From NCBI GenBank assembly GCA_035500455.1, contig DATJXG010000089.1, positions 1-47,578 of the forward strand: DNA of 47,578 bases, written 5' to 3'. The notes beneath the pieces were generated by a model that worked only from the letters and a program-made list of their open reading frames with translations, searched no databases and was not told the origin of the DNA. This document shows positions 26,342 to 34,181 of this stretch, piece after piece. The translations under genes were made by a program, and so were the position numbers. This DNA is from Terriglobales bacterium. Lineage in GTDB: Bacteria; Acidobacteriota; Terriglobia; Terriglobales; Acidobacteriaceae. Each line of letters starts with the position of its first letter. Within the stretch, counting starts at the first letter, position 1.

Positions 26342-27515
26342 TTTTCACAAAATTCTTTCCCGGCAACTGCCTGACCTTCCCGGCCAGTTCCAGTTCGAAC
26401 AACGCCGCGAAAATTTCTGATGACGACAACTCCGGTTCCAGGCGCTCGACCAGTTCGTCGATCTGCGTGGCTTCGTCCGCCTTCAGCAGCGCGTAGATCT
26501 TTTTTTCGTGGGGAGGCAGGTCAGATTCCTTGAATAATGATGCCGTCCCCTCCTGCGAGGATTCAGCCCCCGCCGCCGGTTCCAGCGTAAGTCGTACTGG
26601 CGCAGGGAGTTCCTCCCAAACGTCTTCCCAGGTCGCCACCAGCTTGGCGCCCTGCTTGATTAGCGTATTCGGCCCCCAGGAGTTCTTGTTGGTCACGTTG
26701 CCCGGCACCGCAAAGACCTCGCGATTCTGCTCCAGCGCGCAGCGCGAAGTAATGCGGGTGCCGCTATACTCCGCCGCTTCCACTACCAGCACGCCGATGG
26801 AGATTCCGCTGATGATGCGGTTGCGGATGGGAAAATTCTGCGGCGCGGCAAATGTGGCCATAGGAAACTCAGTGATCACCGCTCCGCCCAACGCCAGAAA
26901 TTGGTCCACTAGGCGGCTGTTCTCCTTGGGATAAACCACATCTATTCCGGTGCCAAACACGGCGACTGTCTTGCCTTTCGCCGCGATTGCCCCGCGATGC
27001 GCCGCCCCGTCCACGCCCCGCGCCAGCCCGCTAAAAATTACCAGCCCGCGCGCCGCCAGATCGCAGGCCAGCCGCTCGGCCATGCCCAGTCCGTAGGGGG
27101 TAGGGTGGCGTGTTCCAACCACGGCGATCCCCGGCTGCGAGAGCACTTCCACGCTTCCGCGAACGTAAAGAGCTATCGGCGGGTCGTAGATTTGCTTCAG
27201 TTGAGCCGGGTAGGCCGGGTCGTCCGGGGTCACGATTTGCGCGCCGGCCGTCGTGGCCCGCAGCATTTCCTCCTGCGCCAGCTCCAGCGATCTGCCCGTT
27301 CCCAGCGACTGGGCCGCTGCCGCCTGAATTCCGGTGGCTTCGAGTTCAGTCAGTGACGCCCGGAACACTCCCTCCACCCCGCCGAAGAACTCCACCAGCC
27401 GCCGCGCCCGCGTCGGGCCCAGCCCTGGCGTGAGCAACAGCGCCAGCCATTCCGGCGTGTGGGTTTCTGATTTCGCCTGAACTGCCATCTGCCTCGCCAC
27501 TGCGGCTTCGGACAC
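26334..27515 (-). CDS. dprA: DNA-processing protein DprA (Smf)
   Basis: Rossmann-like core with GLARGVDGAAHRGA, VFGTGIDVVYPKEN and PIRNRIISG. GTG start at 27515, preceded by aggagg. Confidence 0.92.
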   Translation of the reverse strand: MSEAAVARQMAVQAKSETHTPEWLALLLTPGLGPTRARRLVEFFGGVEGVFRASLTELEATGIQAAAAQSLGTGRSLELAQEEMLRATTAGAQIVTPDDPAYPAQLKQIYDPPIALYVRGSVEVLSQPGIAVVGTRHPTPYGLGMAERLACDLAARGLVIFSGLARGVDGAAHRGAIAAKGKTVAVFGTGIDVVYPKENSRLVDQFLALGGAVITEFPMATFAAPQNFPIRNRIISGISIGVLVVEAAEYSGTRITSRCALEQNREVFAVPGNVTNKNSWGPNTLIKQGAKLVATWEDVWEELPAPVRLTLEPAAGAESSQEGTASLFKESDLPPHEKKIYALLKADEATQIDELVERLEPELSSSEIFAALFELELAGKVRQLPGKNFVKSF

Positions 27516-27613
27516 AAAGGCCTCCTGACTGCTTCTCGGCGGACTCTATACACCGGAAAAAACCGCTGTCAAGGTCAGATGACACATCGCAATGTTTACA
27601 TTACCCTTGAGGC

Positions 27614-28450
27614 ATGAGGCGCCTGCGGATTTCTGCTATTTCCTACCTTAATACTGCGCCTCTTCTGTGGGATTTCGAGCACGGGCCGGCCGGGGCGGAC
27701 TTCGACATCTCCTACACGGTTCCTTCGCAGTGTGCCGCCAGCCTGCAGGTGGGTACGGCCGACATCGGCATCATTCCCGCCGCCGCCTATGCCACCATTC
27801 CGGGGCTTGCGGTCATTCCGGAGGTCGCCATCGCCTCTCGCCAGGCGGTTCGCTCTATCCTGCTGGTCAGCAAGGTTCCTCTGGAGCAGATTCGCTTAGT
27901 CGCGCTGGACACTTCTTCCCTCACTTCGGTCGCGCTGCTCCAGGTTCTTTTCGCGAAATGGTGGGGAGGGGAGCGCCGCTTTGCCGCCGTGCCGCCTGAT
28001 CTCGACGCGATGCTCGAACAGCACGATGCCGCCTTGCTGATCGGCGATCCCGCCTTGCGGGTGGACCGCTCACGCCACCGGACCTACGATCTCGCTGAAG
28101 AATGGATTCGCCTTACCGGCAAGCCCTTCGTCTTCGCATTCTGGGCGGTGCGGCAGGCCGCGCTTACTGAGGTGTCCTCCGAGCCGAGGCTTGTAACTGC
28201 ATTTCAACAGTCCCGCGATCACGGCCTGCAAACACCAAACCTGCGGCGGATTGCTTCCGAATGGGGCCCACGTCTGAGGATCACCGAGCACGAAGTCACA
28301 ACCTACCTCACGCAAAATATCCACTATTACCTCGATGCGGAGTGCATCCAAGGACTGCAGTTGTTCTACCGTTACGCTGCTGAGTGTAAAGTTTTGTCGC
28401 GCGCTCCGGCTTTGCAATTCCTGGGTACGGCCACGCCCGCCGCCGTGTAA
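27614..28450 (+). CDS. mqnA: chorismate dehydratase MqnA (futalosine pathway)
   Basis: N-terminal RISAISYLNTAPLLW and the periplasmic-binding-protein-like VitK2_biosynth fold pattern; 278 aa. Confidence 0.82.
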   Translation: MRRLRISAISYLNTAPLLWDFEHGPAGADFDISYTVPSQCAASLQVGTADIGIIPAAAYATIPGLAVIPEVAIASRQAVRSILLVSKVPLEQIRLVALDTSSLTSVALLQVLFAKWWGGERRFAAVPPDLDAMLEQHDAALLIGDPALRVDRSRHRTYDLAEEWIRLTGKPFVFAFWAVRQAALTEVSSEPRLVTAFQQSRDHGLQTPNLRRIASEWGPRLRITEHEVTTYLTQNIHYYLDAECIQGLQLFYRYAAECKVLSRAPALQFLGTATPAAV

Positions 28451-28489
28451 CGTCCAACTCAAGCCGGTTGGACTGACTCTAATCCGATC

Positions 28490-29140
28490 ATGACGCCAAT
28501 GCCACTGACGTTCCTCGCATCTCCGCTGGTGCATTGGCTGCACCGTCTGGGCGCACCCGGCCTGCTTCTGCTCGGCCTGGTGGATAACTCTCCCCTGCCC
28601 CTTCCCGGCAGCATGGATCTGCTCACCATCTGGCTGGCGGCGCGCGATCCCCGTCTGTGGCCGCTCTACGCCACCGTAGCCACGGCTGGCTCACTGCTGG
28701 GCGGCTACGTCACCTACGCTCTCGCGCGAAGGGGCGGCAAGCACGCAGTGGAGAGGCGGCTCTCCAAGAAGACCGCTGGGCGGCTCTACCGCTATTTCGA
28801 GCGCTGGGGATTCTTTGCCGTTGTACTCCCCGCGCTGCTGCCTCCGCCGGTCCCCATCGTTCCCTTCCTGGTAGCCGCGGGCGCGCTGCAGTATCCGCCG
28901 CGAAAGTTCCTGTGGGCGCTGGGCGTCGGCCGTGCCTTCCGCTTCACGGTGATCGCCTCGCTGGGCGCCGTCTATGGCCGGCACATCGTGAGATTCTTCG
29001 CCAGGTACTACCAGCCCATGCTGTGGATCGTCGTCGGATTGGCGGTCTTCGGCGGTTTGTTGTCAGTGGTCAGCTACCTTAGGCATGGCAGAAAAGCGCA
29101 CGAATCTGCTCCTCAGATCGCCCATCACAAAACAGTGTGA
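28490..29140 (+). CDS. DedA/YqaA-family membrane protein
   Basis: 216 aa. LGLVDNSPLPLPGSMDLLTIWLA and the FRFTVIASLGAVYG helices match the SNARE-associated/DedA pattern. Confidence 0.75.
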   Translation: MTPMPLTFLASPLVHWLHRLGAPGLLLLGLVDNSPLPLPGSMDLLTIWLAARDPRLWPLYATVATAGSLLGGYVTYALARRGGKHAVERRLSKKTAGRLYRYFERWGFFAVVLPALLPPPVPIVPFLVAAGALQYPPRKFLWALGVGRAFRFTVIASLGAVYGRHIVRFFARYYQPMLWIVVGLAVFGGLLSVVSYLRHGRKAHESAPQIAHHKTV

Positions 29141-29260
29141 TTTCTCTGCGGCCTCGGTGAAAGTTCTTTGCGATCTCGGCGTTTTGAGGCTTTCGCCTCA
29201 ATCTCCCAAAACCTTAAAACGTCGAGGACGCGAAGAACGGCCGCCGAGGGCGCGGAGAAG
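29141..29260. repeat. Family-B palindromic element (copy B2): two ~50-nt inverted arms
   Basis: tttctctgcggcctcggtgaaagttctttgcgatctcggcgttttgaggcttt pairs with the reverse complement of aaaaccttaaaacgtcgaggacgcgaagaacggccgccgagggcgcggagaag. It starts 1 nt after the dedA stop. Confidence 0.85.
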
Positions 29261-29332
29261 CAGTTGCGGGAAAAGCCGCCGAGGCTTACTGGAACTAACC
29301 ACTCCGTCTCCGCTAGAATTGCGGCAGACCCT

Positions 29333-30379
29333 ATGTCATTGACCAAACAGCAGGCTCTCGACCTCTTCCAGTCCGACGACCTCATCGGCACCGGCATGGA
29401 GGCCGACGCCGTGCGCCGCAGGCTGCACCCCGAGGGTGTCGTCACCTACATCATTGACCGCAACATCAATTACACCAACTTCTGCACCGAGTACTGCACC
29501 TTCTGCGCCTTCTATCGCCCGCTGAAGGGACCCGCGGCCAAGGAAGGCTACATTCTCGATTTCGATACCATCTACGACAAGATTCGCGAGACCGTGGAAC
29601 TCGGCGGCACCGGGGTGCTCATGCAGGGCGGCCTGCATCCCGATCTGAAAATTGACTGGCACGAGCAGATGCTTCGCGGCATCCGCCAGCGTTTTCCCAA
29701 GGTGCACCTGCACTGCTATTCGGCGTCGGAGATCATTGCCATCGCCGAATACAGCGGCCTGACAATTCGCGACACTATCGCCCGCCTGCGCGATGCCGGC
29801 CTCGATTCCATCCCCGGCGGGGGCGCGGAGATTCTCGACGACGAAGTCCGCTACAAGATTGCCCGCCTCAAATGCCTCACCGACGACTGGATCAACGTCC
29901 ACCGCACCGCCCATCAACTCGGCATGAGGACCACCGCGACCATGATGTTCGGGGTGGGCGAAAACTACGAGCACCGCATCAACCACTTCCAGCGGCTCTA
30001 CGAATTGCAGGAAGAAACGGGCGGATTCACCGCGTTTATTCCGTGGAGCTTCCAGCCCCAGCACACGGCGCTGGGCGGGCGCCACTGGGACGAAGCAACC
30101 GCGGTGGATTACCTCAAGGTGCTGGCGATCTCGCGGATTTACCTTTCCAACTTCCTCAACGTGCAATCCAGCTGGGTGACGCAGGGCCTGAAAGTCTGCC
30201 AGATGGGCCTGCGCTTCGGCGGCAATGACGTGGGATCGGTGATGCTGGAGGAGAACGTAGTGCGCGCGGCCGGCGTCAATAATTGCACCACCGAAGAAGA
30301 GTTGCGCCGCATCATCCGCGACGCCGGCTTCCGCCCGGCCCAAAGAGACACGCTCTACCGGCAATATTTCCTGAACTGA
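29333..30379 (+). CDS. mqnC: radical-SAM futalosine-pathway enzyme, MqnC-like (cyclic dehypoxanthinyl futalosine synthase); MqnE not excluded
   Basis: IIDRNINYTNFCTEYCTFCAFYRP carries the CxxxCxxC radical-SAM cluster, followed by VLMQGGLHPDLKIDW. I trimmed the start from ORF-track 29168 to the ATG at 29333, because the upstream codons read through repeat B2. Confidence 0.8.
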   Translation: MSLTKQQALDLFQSDDLIGTGMEADAVRRRLHPEGVVTYIIDRNINYTNFCTEYCTFCAFYRPLKGPAAKEGYILDFDTIYDKIRETVELGGTGVLMQGGLHPDLKIDWHEQMLRGIRQRFPKVHLHCYSASEIIAIAEYSGLTIRDTIARLRDAGLDSIPGGGAEILDDEVRYKIARLKCLTDDWINVHRTAHQLGMRTTATMMFGVGENYEHRINHFQRLYELQEETGGFTAFIPWSFQPQHTALGGRHWDEATAVDYLKVLAISRIYLSNFLNVQSSWVTQGLKVCQMGLRFGGNDVGSVMLEENVVRAAGVNNCTTEEELRRIIRDAGFRPAQRDTLYRQYFLN

Positions 30380-30380
30380 G

Positions 30381-30677
30381 ATGTTCGAAGCCGTAGATCA
30401 AGAAAAAATCCAACGGTATCGCAAGCTCGTGCAATCGTTGACAGATCTAGGCAATAGTCACGCCAAGTCCCTTCAAACGAAACGCCATCAGCTTACGTAT
30501 TTTTACTTTGTTCGTTGTGCTGCGTTGGTATCCGGAGTGGTCGTACTCGTCGAAAACAAGCATCTTTCGGCGGCATTCGCACTGCAGAAGAGTGTCGCGG
30601 ATGCGGTAAGCAACGGACTTTATCTAGGTTATGCGGCGGACTTGCCGGATTTAACCGGCTTGTTTCTTGGCCGATGA
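30381..30677 (+). CDS. hypothetical protein in lower-GC islet, possibly a gene fragment
   Basis: 98-aa ORF starting 1 nt after the mqnC stop, in a region visibly AT-richer than its surroundings. It has a helical, non-membrane character and no motif I recognised. Confidence 0.3.
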   Translation: MFEAVDQEKIQRYRKLVQSLTDLGNSHAKSLQTKRHQLTYFYFVRCAALVSGVVVLVENKHLSAAFALQKSVADAVSNGLYLGYAADLPDLTGLFLGR

Positions 30678-30750
30678 AGGGCCGGGGAGCCCGGGCCTCA
30701 GCCCCGCAGGCACTCCGGTTTTGACGCTTTAATGCCGAACCTCAATCTAG

Positions 30751-30790
30751 GCTGGACCTGACGGGACTCGAACCTGCATCTGCCCTACGT
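30751..30790 (-). other. tRNA 3'-end-like fragment (T-arm plus acceptor 3' strand)
   Basis: The reverse complement reads gcaGGTTCGAGTCCcgtcaggtccagc, with a canonical GGTTCGAxTCC T-loop. The T-stem has one mismatch. No D-arm or anticodon arm can be folded upstream, where a small ORF lies. Confidence 0.35.
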
Positions 30791-30791
30791 G

Positions 30792-31028
30792 TCAGCGGCA
30801 CCGACCGCACACTTCCCATCCGTTCCTTCCGTACTTCTTATCGAGCTAGTTTCTAGCCTCGACCAACTCCCGAAAGAACACTTTGTCGTATGCCCTTGTG
30901 GACATCACTTCCAGCGATTCACAGTTCACTTGATGCAGCATCTTACGGTCCGTGCGGTCGTTAAAGATGAACCCGTCACCAAGCCGAATAAGCTCAGTGA
31001 GTTCCGCGTGGCTTTGTATTTTAAGCAT
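30792..31028 (-). pseudogene. small H-x3-C...C-x2-C protein interrupted by an in-frame TAG
   Basis: The listed 60-aa ORF (30846..31028) ends at a TAG. The same frame continues LDKKYGRNGWEVCGRCR to a TGA at 30792-30794, which completes a metal-binding-like pattern with LHQVNC. Confidence 0.3.
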
Positions 31029-31322
31029 AGCAATGCTATCCGTCCAAGCCCTCGGGTCTGACGGCGGCCTGTAGCGGGGCCTAGACCGAGACGATACGCC
31101 TCTAACGCGTACGACACCAGGTTGGTCGTCACATATGCGTGTGACGGACTTACAGCTTTCTAGCCAGCCCGGACTACCGCCATAACAGCCCTATAATCAG
31201 TATTTTGTAGCGTTGCTGAACGCACCTCTTCGCTCTCTCAGGTACAATGTGGCATCCAGCTTGTCTATGCAAAGCTGCTGGTAAGGAACTCCCCGCTGAT
31301 CGCCACACTCATCCCGTCGCGT

Positions 31323-32924
31323 GTGCTCGCCGTGTTTCTGGCCTCGCGCGGCATCGGGCAGTATATTCGCCAGCACTTTCTCGACAAAACTTTCCAGGGC
31401 CTCTACCAGGTCAACGCCTTTGACCTCGCGCTGCTGATTCCCTACTTCGTCGTGCTCGTGCTGCTGGCGGGGTACGGCATGCACCGCTACATTCTTGTCT
31501 ATCTTTATTACAAGAAGCGTAAGAACTTCACCACGGAACCAGCGAGCCAGTTCGCCGAGCTGCCACGAGTCACGGTTCAGCTTCCTATCTTTAACGAGCG
31601 CTTCGTCGTGGACCGCCTGCTGGCCGCCATCTGCCGCCTGGACTATCCGCATGACAAGCTCGATATCCAACTCCTCGACGACTCTACCGACGAAACGCAA
31701 GAAGTAGCCCGCGAACTGGTGGACCACTACGCCTCGCAGGGCTTCCCCGTCACCTACCATCACCGCACCAACCGAGAAGGATTCAAGGCCGGCGCCCTTG
31801 CCGAGGGCATGAAGACCGCTAAAGGCGAATTCATCGCCATCTTCGACGCTGATTTCGTCCCACCGGCCGATTTCCTGCTGCGCACCATTCACCAGTTCAC
31901 CAACCCCAAGGTTGGTATGGTGCAGACTCGCTGGACGCACATCAACCGCAACTATTCGTTCCTCACCCAGGTCGAGGCCATCCTGCTCGACGGCCACTTC
32001 GTGCTGGAGCATTCCGCCCGCGCCCGCAGCAGCGTCTTCTTCAATTTCAACGGCACTGCGGGGGTCTGGCGGCGGACCGCCATCGAAGAAGCCGGCGGCT
32101 GGCAGCACGATACTTTGACCGAAGACACCGATCTTTCTTACCGCGCCCAACTCAAAGGATGGAAGTTCGTTTACCTGCAGGACGTGGAATGCCCGGCTGA
32201 ATTGCCGGTGGAAATGACCGCCTTTAAAACCCAGCAAGCCCGCTGGGCCAAGGGACTGATCCAAACCGCCAAGAAAGTCCTTCCCCAGGTTCTGAAGAGC
32301 GACCAATCGTTTCACGTGAAGCTGGAGGCCTGGTACCACCTGACGGCCAATCTCAGCTATCCGTTGATGATCGTGCTCTCGGTGCTGCTGCTGCCGGCGA
32401 TGATCATCCGCTTCTACCAGGGCTGGTTTCAGATGCTGTACATTGACCTGCCCCTGTTTATGGCATCGACATTTTCCATTTCCAGCTTCTACCTGGTTTC
32501 GCAGCGCGAGCTGTTTCCAAAGACCTGGTATCGCGCACTGCTGTACTTACCCTTCCTCATGGCGCTCGGCATCGGGCTCACGCTCACCAACACCCGCGCT
32601 GTTCTCGAAGCCCTCGTCGGCCACAAAACCGCCTTCGCCCGCACGCCCAAGTACCATGTGGAATCACGCAAGGACAAAATCAAGTCCGGCAAGTATCGCC
32701 GCCGCCTGGGCTGGGTGCCGTGGGTGGAGCTGCTGATCGGCGGTTATTTCGCGCTGGCGGTGTACTATGCGGTGACCAACGAGAATTACATCACCGTTCC
32801 CTTCCTCGTCCTTTTTGTCATTGGCTACTGGTACACCGGCTTGATGTCACTGCTGCAGGGGCGCTTCTCGAGTTTGGCGTTCAGCAGCGAGAGCCATACG
32901 AAGCCGTTTCCGGTCGGAGTGTGA
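31323..32924 (+). CDS. processive family-2 glycosyltransferase (CesA/CslA-like membrane synthase)
   Basis: PIFNE, LDDSTD, FDADF (DxD), VQTRW and QQARWAKG (QxxRW), with N- and C-terminal TM helices; 533 aa. Confidence 0.88.
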   Translation: MLAVFLASRGIGQYIRQHFLDKTFQGLYQVNAFDLALLIPYFVVLVLLAGYGMHRYILVYLYYKKRKNFTTEPASQFAELPRVTVQLPIFNERFVVDRLLAAICRLDYPHDKLDIQLLDDSTDETQEVARELVDHYASQGFPVTYHHRTNREGFKAGALAEGMKTAKGEFIAIFDADFVPPADFLLRTIHQFTNPKVGMVQTRWTHINRNYSFLTQVEAILLDGHFVLEHSARARSSVFFNFNGTAGVWRRTAIEEAGGWQHDTLTEDTDLSYRAQLKGWKFVYLQDVECPAELPVEMTAFKTQQARWAKGLIQTAKKVLPQVLKSDQSFHVKLEAWYHLTANLSYPLMIVLSVLLLPAMIIRFYQGWFQMLYIDLPLFMASTFSISSFYLVSQRELFPKTWYRALLYLPFLMALGIGLTLTNTRAVLEALVGHKTAFARTPKYHVESRKDKIKSGKYRRRLGWVPWVELLIGGYFALAVYYAVTNENYITVPFLVLFVIGYWYTGLMSLLQGRFSSLAFSSESHTKPFPVGV

Positions 32925-32938
32925 GGCGCGGGCGGGAC

Positions 32939-33060
32939 AAACCCTAAATCACCGAGTTCGCGAAGAACCGCCGCCGAGGTCGCCGAGAGAGCCTGCATGC
33001 CAAGATCCTCCGCCGCCCTCGGCGGAAGTTCTTTGCGTCCCCGGCGTTTTAAGGTTTTGG
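32939..33060. repeat. Family-B palindromic element (copy B3)
   Basis: aaaccctaaatcaccgagttcgcgaagaaccgccgccgaggtcgccgagagag is inverted relative to atcctccgccgccctcggcggaagttctttgcgtccccggcgttttaaggttttgg. It begins 15 nt after the GT2 stop. Confidence 0.85.
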
Positions 33061-33179
33061 GCAGCATACACCCGCAAACGTCGCCAGTGGCAATCGCTAC
33101 GCCTCTCGCGGTAGAATCCCTACCGTCTTGCGCGCCCCCGTTGCGGGGACCAACCTCGACAATCTTCCAGGAGGACCCC

Positions 33180-34181
33180 ATGCGCGAGCATCACAAAATT
33201 CTGCTGCGCTTTCTCTCTCTCACTCTGTTGCTGCTCCCGATCCTCAGCTGCGGCTCGGCGCATGACTCCGGCGAGCGCTACTTCCTCGTAGTCGCCAACC
33301 TCAAGGTGCCGTACTGGCAGACCGCGCAGGCGGGATTCATGCAGCAGGCCGTGCAATGGAAGGTGCGCGCCGATTTCGTCGGCCCCGACACCTATGATCC
33401 ACAAGCCGAGCGCGAAGAATTCCGCAAAGCCGTGCAGGCCAAGCCCTCCGGCATTCTGGTGGCGCCGGCCGATCCCAACCTCCTGAAGGACGACATCGAC
33501 CAGGCCATCGCCGCTGGAATTCCCGTTCTCACCATGGATTCCGACGCGCCCACCAGCAAGCGCCTGTTCTTCATCGGCACCAATAATTACCAGGCCGGAT
33601 TCATGGGCGGCAAGCGCCTGGCCAAAGAACTGCAGGACAAAGGCAACGTCGTGGTGTTCACCATGCCCGAGCAGAATAATCTTCAGGAGCGCCTGCGCGG
33701 CTATCGCGATGCCCTGGCTTCGTCCCCCCAGATCAAGATCACGCAGGTGGTGGACATCAAAGGCGACCCGCGCGTAGCCTTCGACACCGCCACCCAACTC
33801 CTGGGCAAGGAAAAGGACAAAGTCAACGCCTTCGTCTGCCTCGAAGCACAGGCGGGCAAAGAGGTCGCCACCGTGCTCAACGAGAACGGAATCAAAGACA
33901 AAGTGGTGATCGCCATGGATACCGATTCTGATACTCTGGACTGGATCAAAAAAGGTGTGATCGCGGCCACCATTTCCCAGAAACCCTACACCATGGCCAA
34001 CTTCGGGCTGAGAATGCTGGACAACCTGTACCATCACAAGGTGGCCCCGCTCGATAAGAACTGGCGGGAAGACAGCTTCGCCCCCATCCCGGCATTTGTG
34101 GACACCGGCTCATCGTTGGTTGACAAAGCGAACGTGGAGACTTTCCAGGCGGCGAATCAATCCATGACCACCAACAAATAA
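33180..34181 (+). CDS. periplasmic sugar-binding lipoprotein (RbsB/Peripla_BP_4-type), no cognate permease or ATPase nearby
   Basis: Lipobox LLLPILSCG. FFIGTNNYQAGFMGG and other type-I PBP motifs. ATG at 33180 after aggagg. The ORF-track start at 32997 reads through repeat B3. Confidence 0.85.
   Translation: MREHHKILLRFLSLTLLLLPILSCGSAHDSGERYFLVVANLKVPYWQTAQAGFMQQAVQWKVRADFVGPDTYDPQAEREEFRKAVQAKPSGILVAPADPNLLKDDIDQAIAAGIPVLTMDSDAPTSKRLFFIGTNNYQAGFMGGKRLAKELQDKGNVVVFTMPEQNNLQERLRGYRDALASSPQIKITQVVDIKGDPRVAFDTATQLLGKEKDKVNAFVCLEAQAGKEVATVLNENGIKDKVVIAMDTDSDTLDWIKKGVIAATISQKPYTMANFGLRMLDNLYHHKVAPLDKNWREDSFAPIPAFVDTGSSLVDKANVETFQAANQSMTTNK

Noticed and set aside
29168-29332. N-terminal extension of mqnC. 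The same issue affects 32997-33179 for the sugar-binding protein, 10318-10653 for the GH-A gene and 41186-41311 for the JAMM gene.
   Set aside because: The extensions run through intergenic palindromic repeats or promoter DNA. Downstream starts have SD sequences, signal peptides or the onset of family homology.
29336-30364. 342-aa ORF on the - strand
   Set aside because: It is antisense to the radical-SAM mqnC-like gene, whose CxxxCxxC motif fixes the true frame.
30751-30824. Complete tRNA gene on the - strand
   Set aside because: Only the T-arm and acceptor 3' strand are recognisable. The would-be 5' acceptor pairs at 5 of 7 positions, there is no D-arm or 7-nt anticodon loop, and the region overlaps the mini-ORF tail.
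30789-31061. 90-aa ORF on the + strand in the low-GC islet
   Set aside because: It has no motif. The opposite strand carries a more protein-like frame whose metal-binding pattern continues past the amber codon. Neither is certain.
31061-31322. Possible c-di-GMP (GEMM-type) riboswitch ahead of the GT2 synthase, prompted by gtagcgggg
   Set aside because: The other conserved GEMM elements (the acgcaaagc-type tetraloop-receptor segments) are absent. Only a trivial 6-bp hairpin is present (gtcacatatgcgtgtgac, within 31128-31146).
31197-32339. 380-aa ORF on the - strand
   Set aside because: It is antisense to the GT2 synthase (D, DxD, QxxRW on the + strand).
33120-34037. 305-aa ORF on the - strand
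   Set aside because: It is antisense to the sugar-binding lipoprotein gene.
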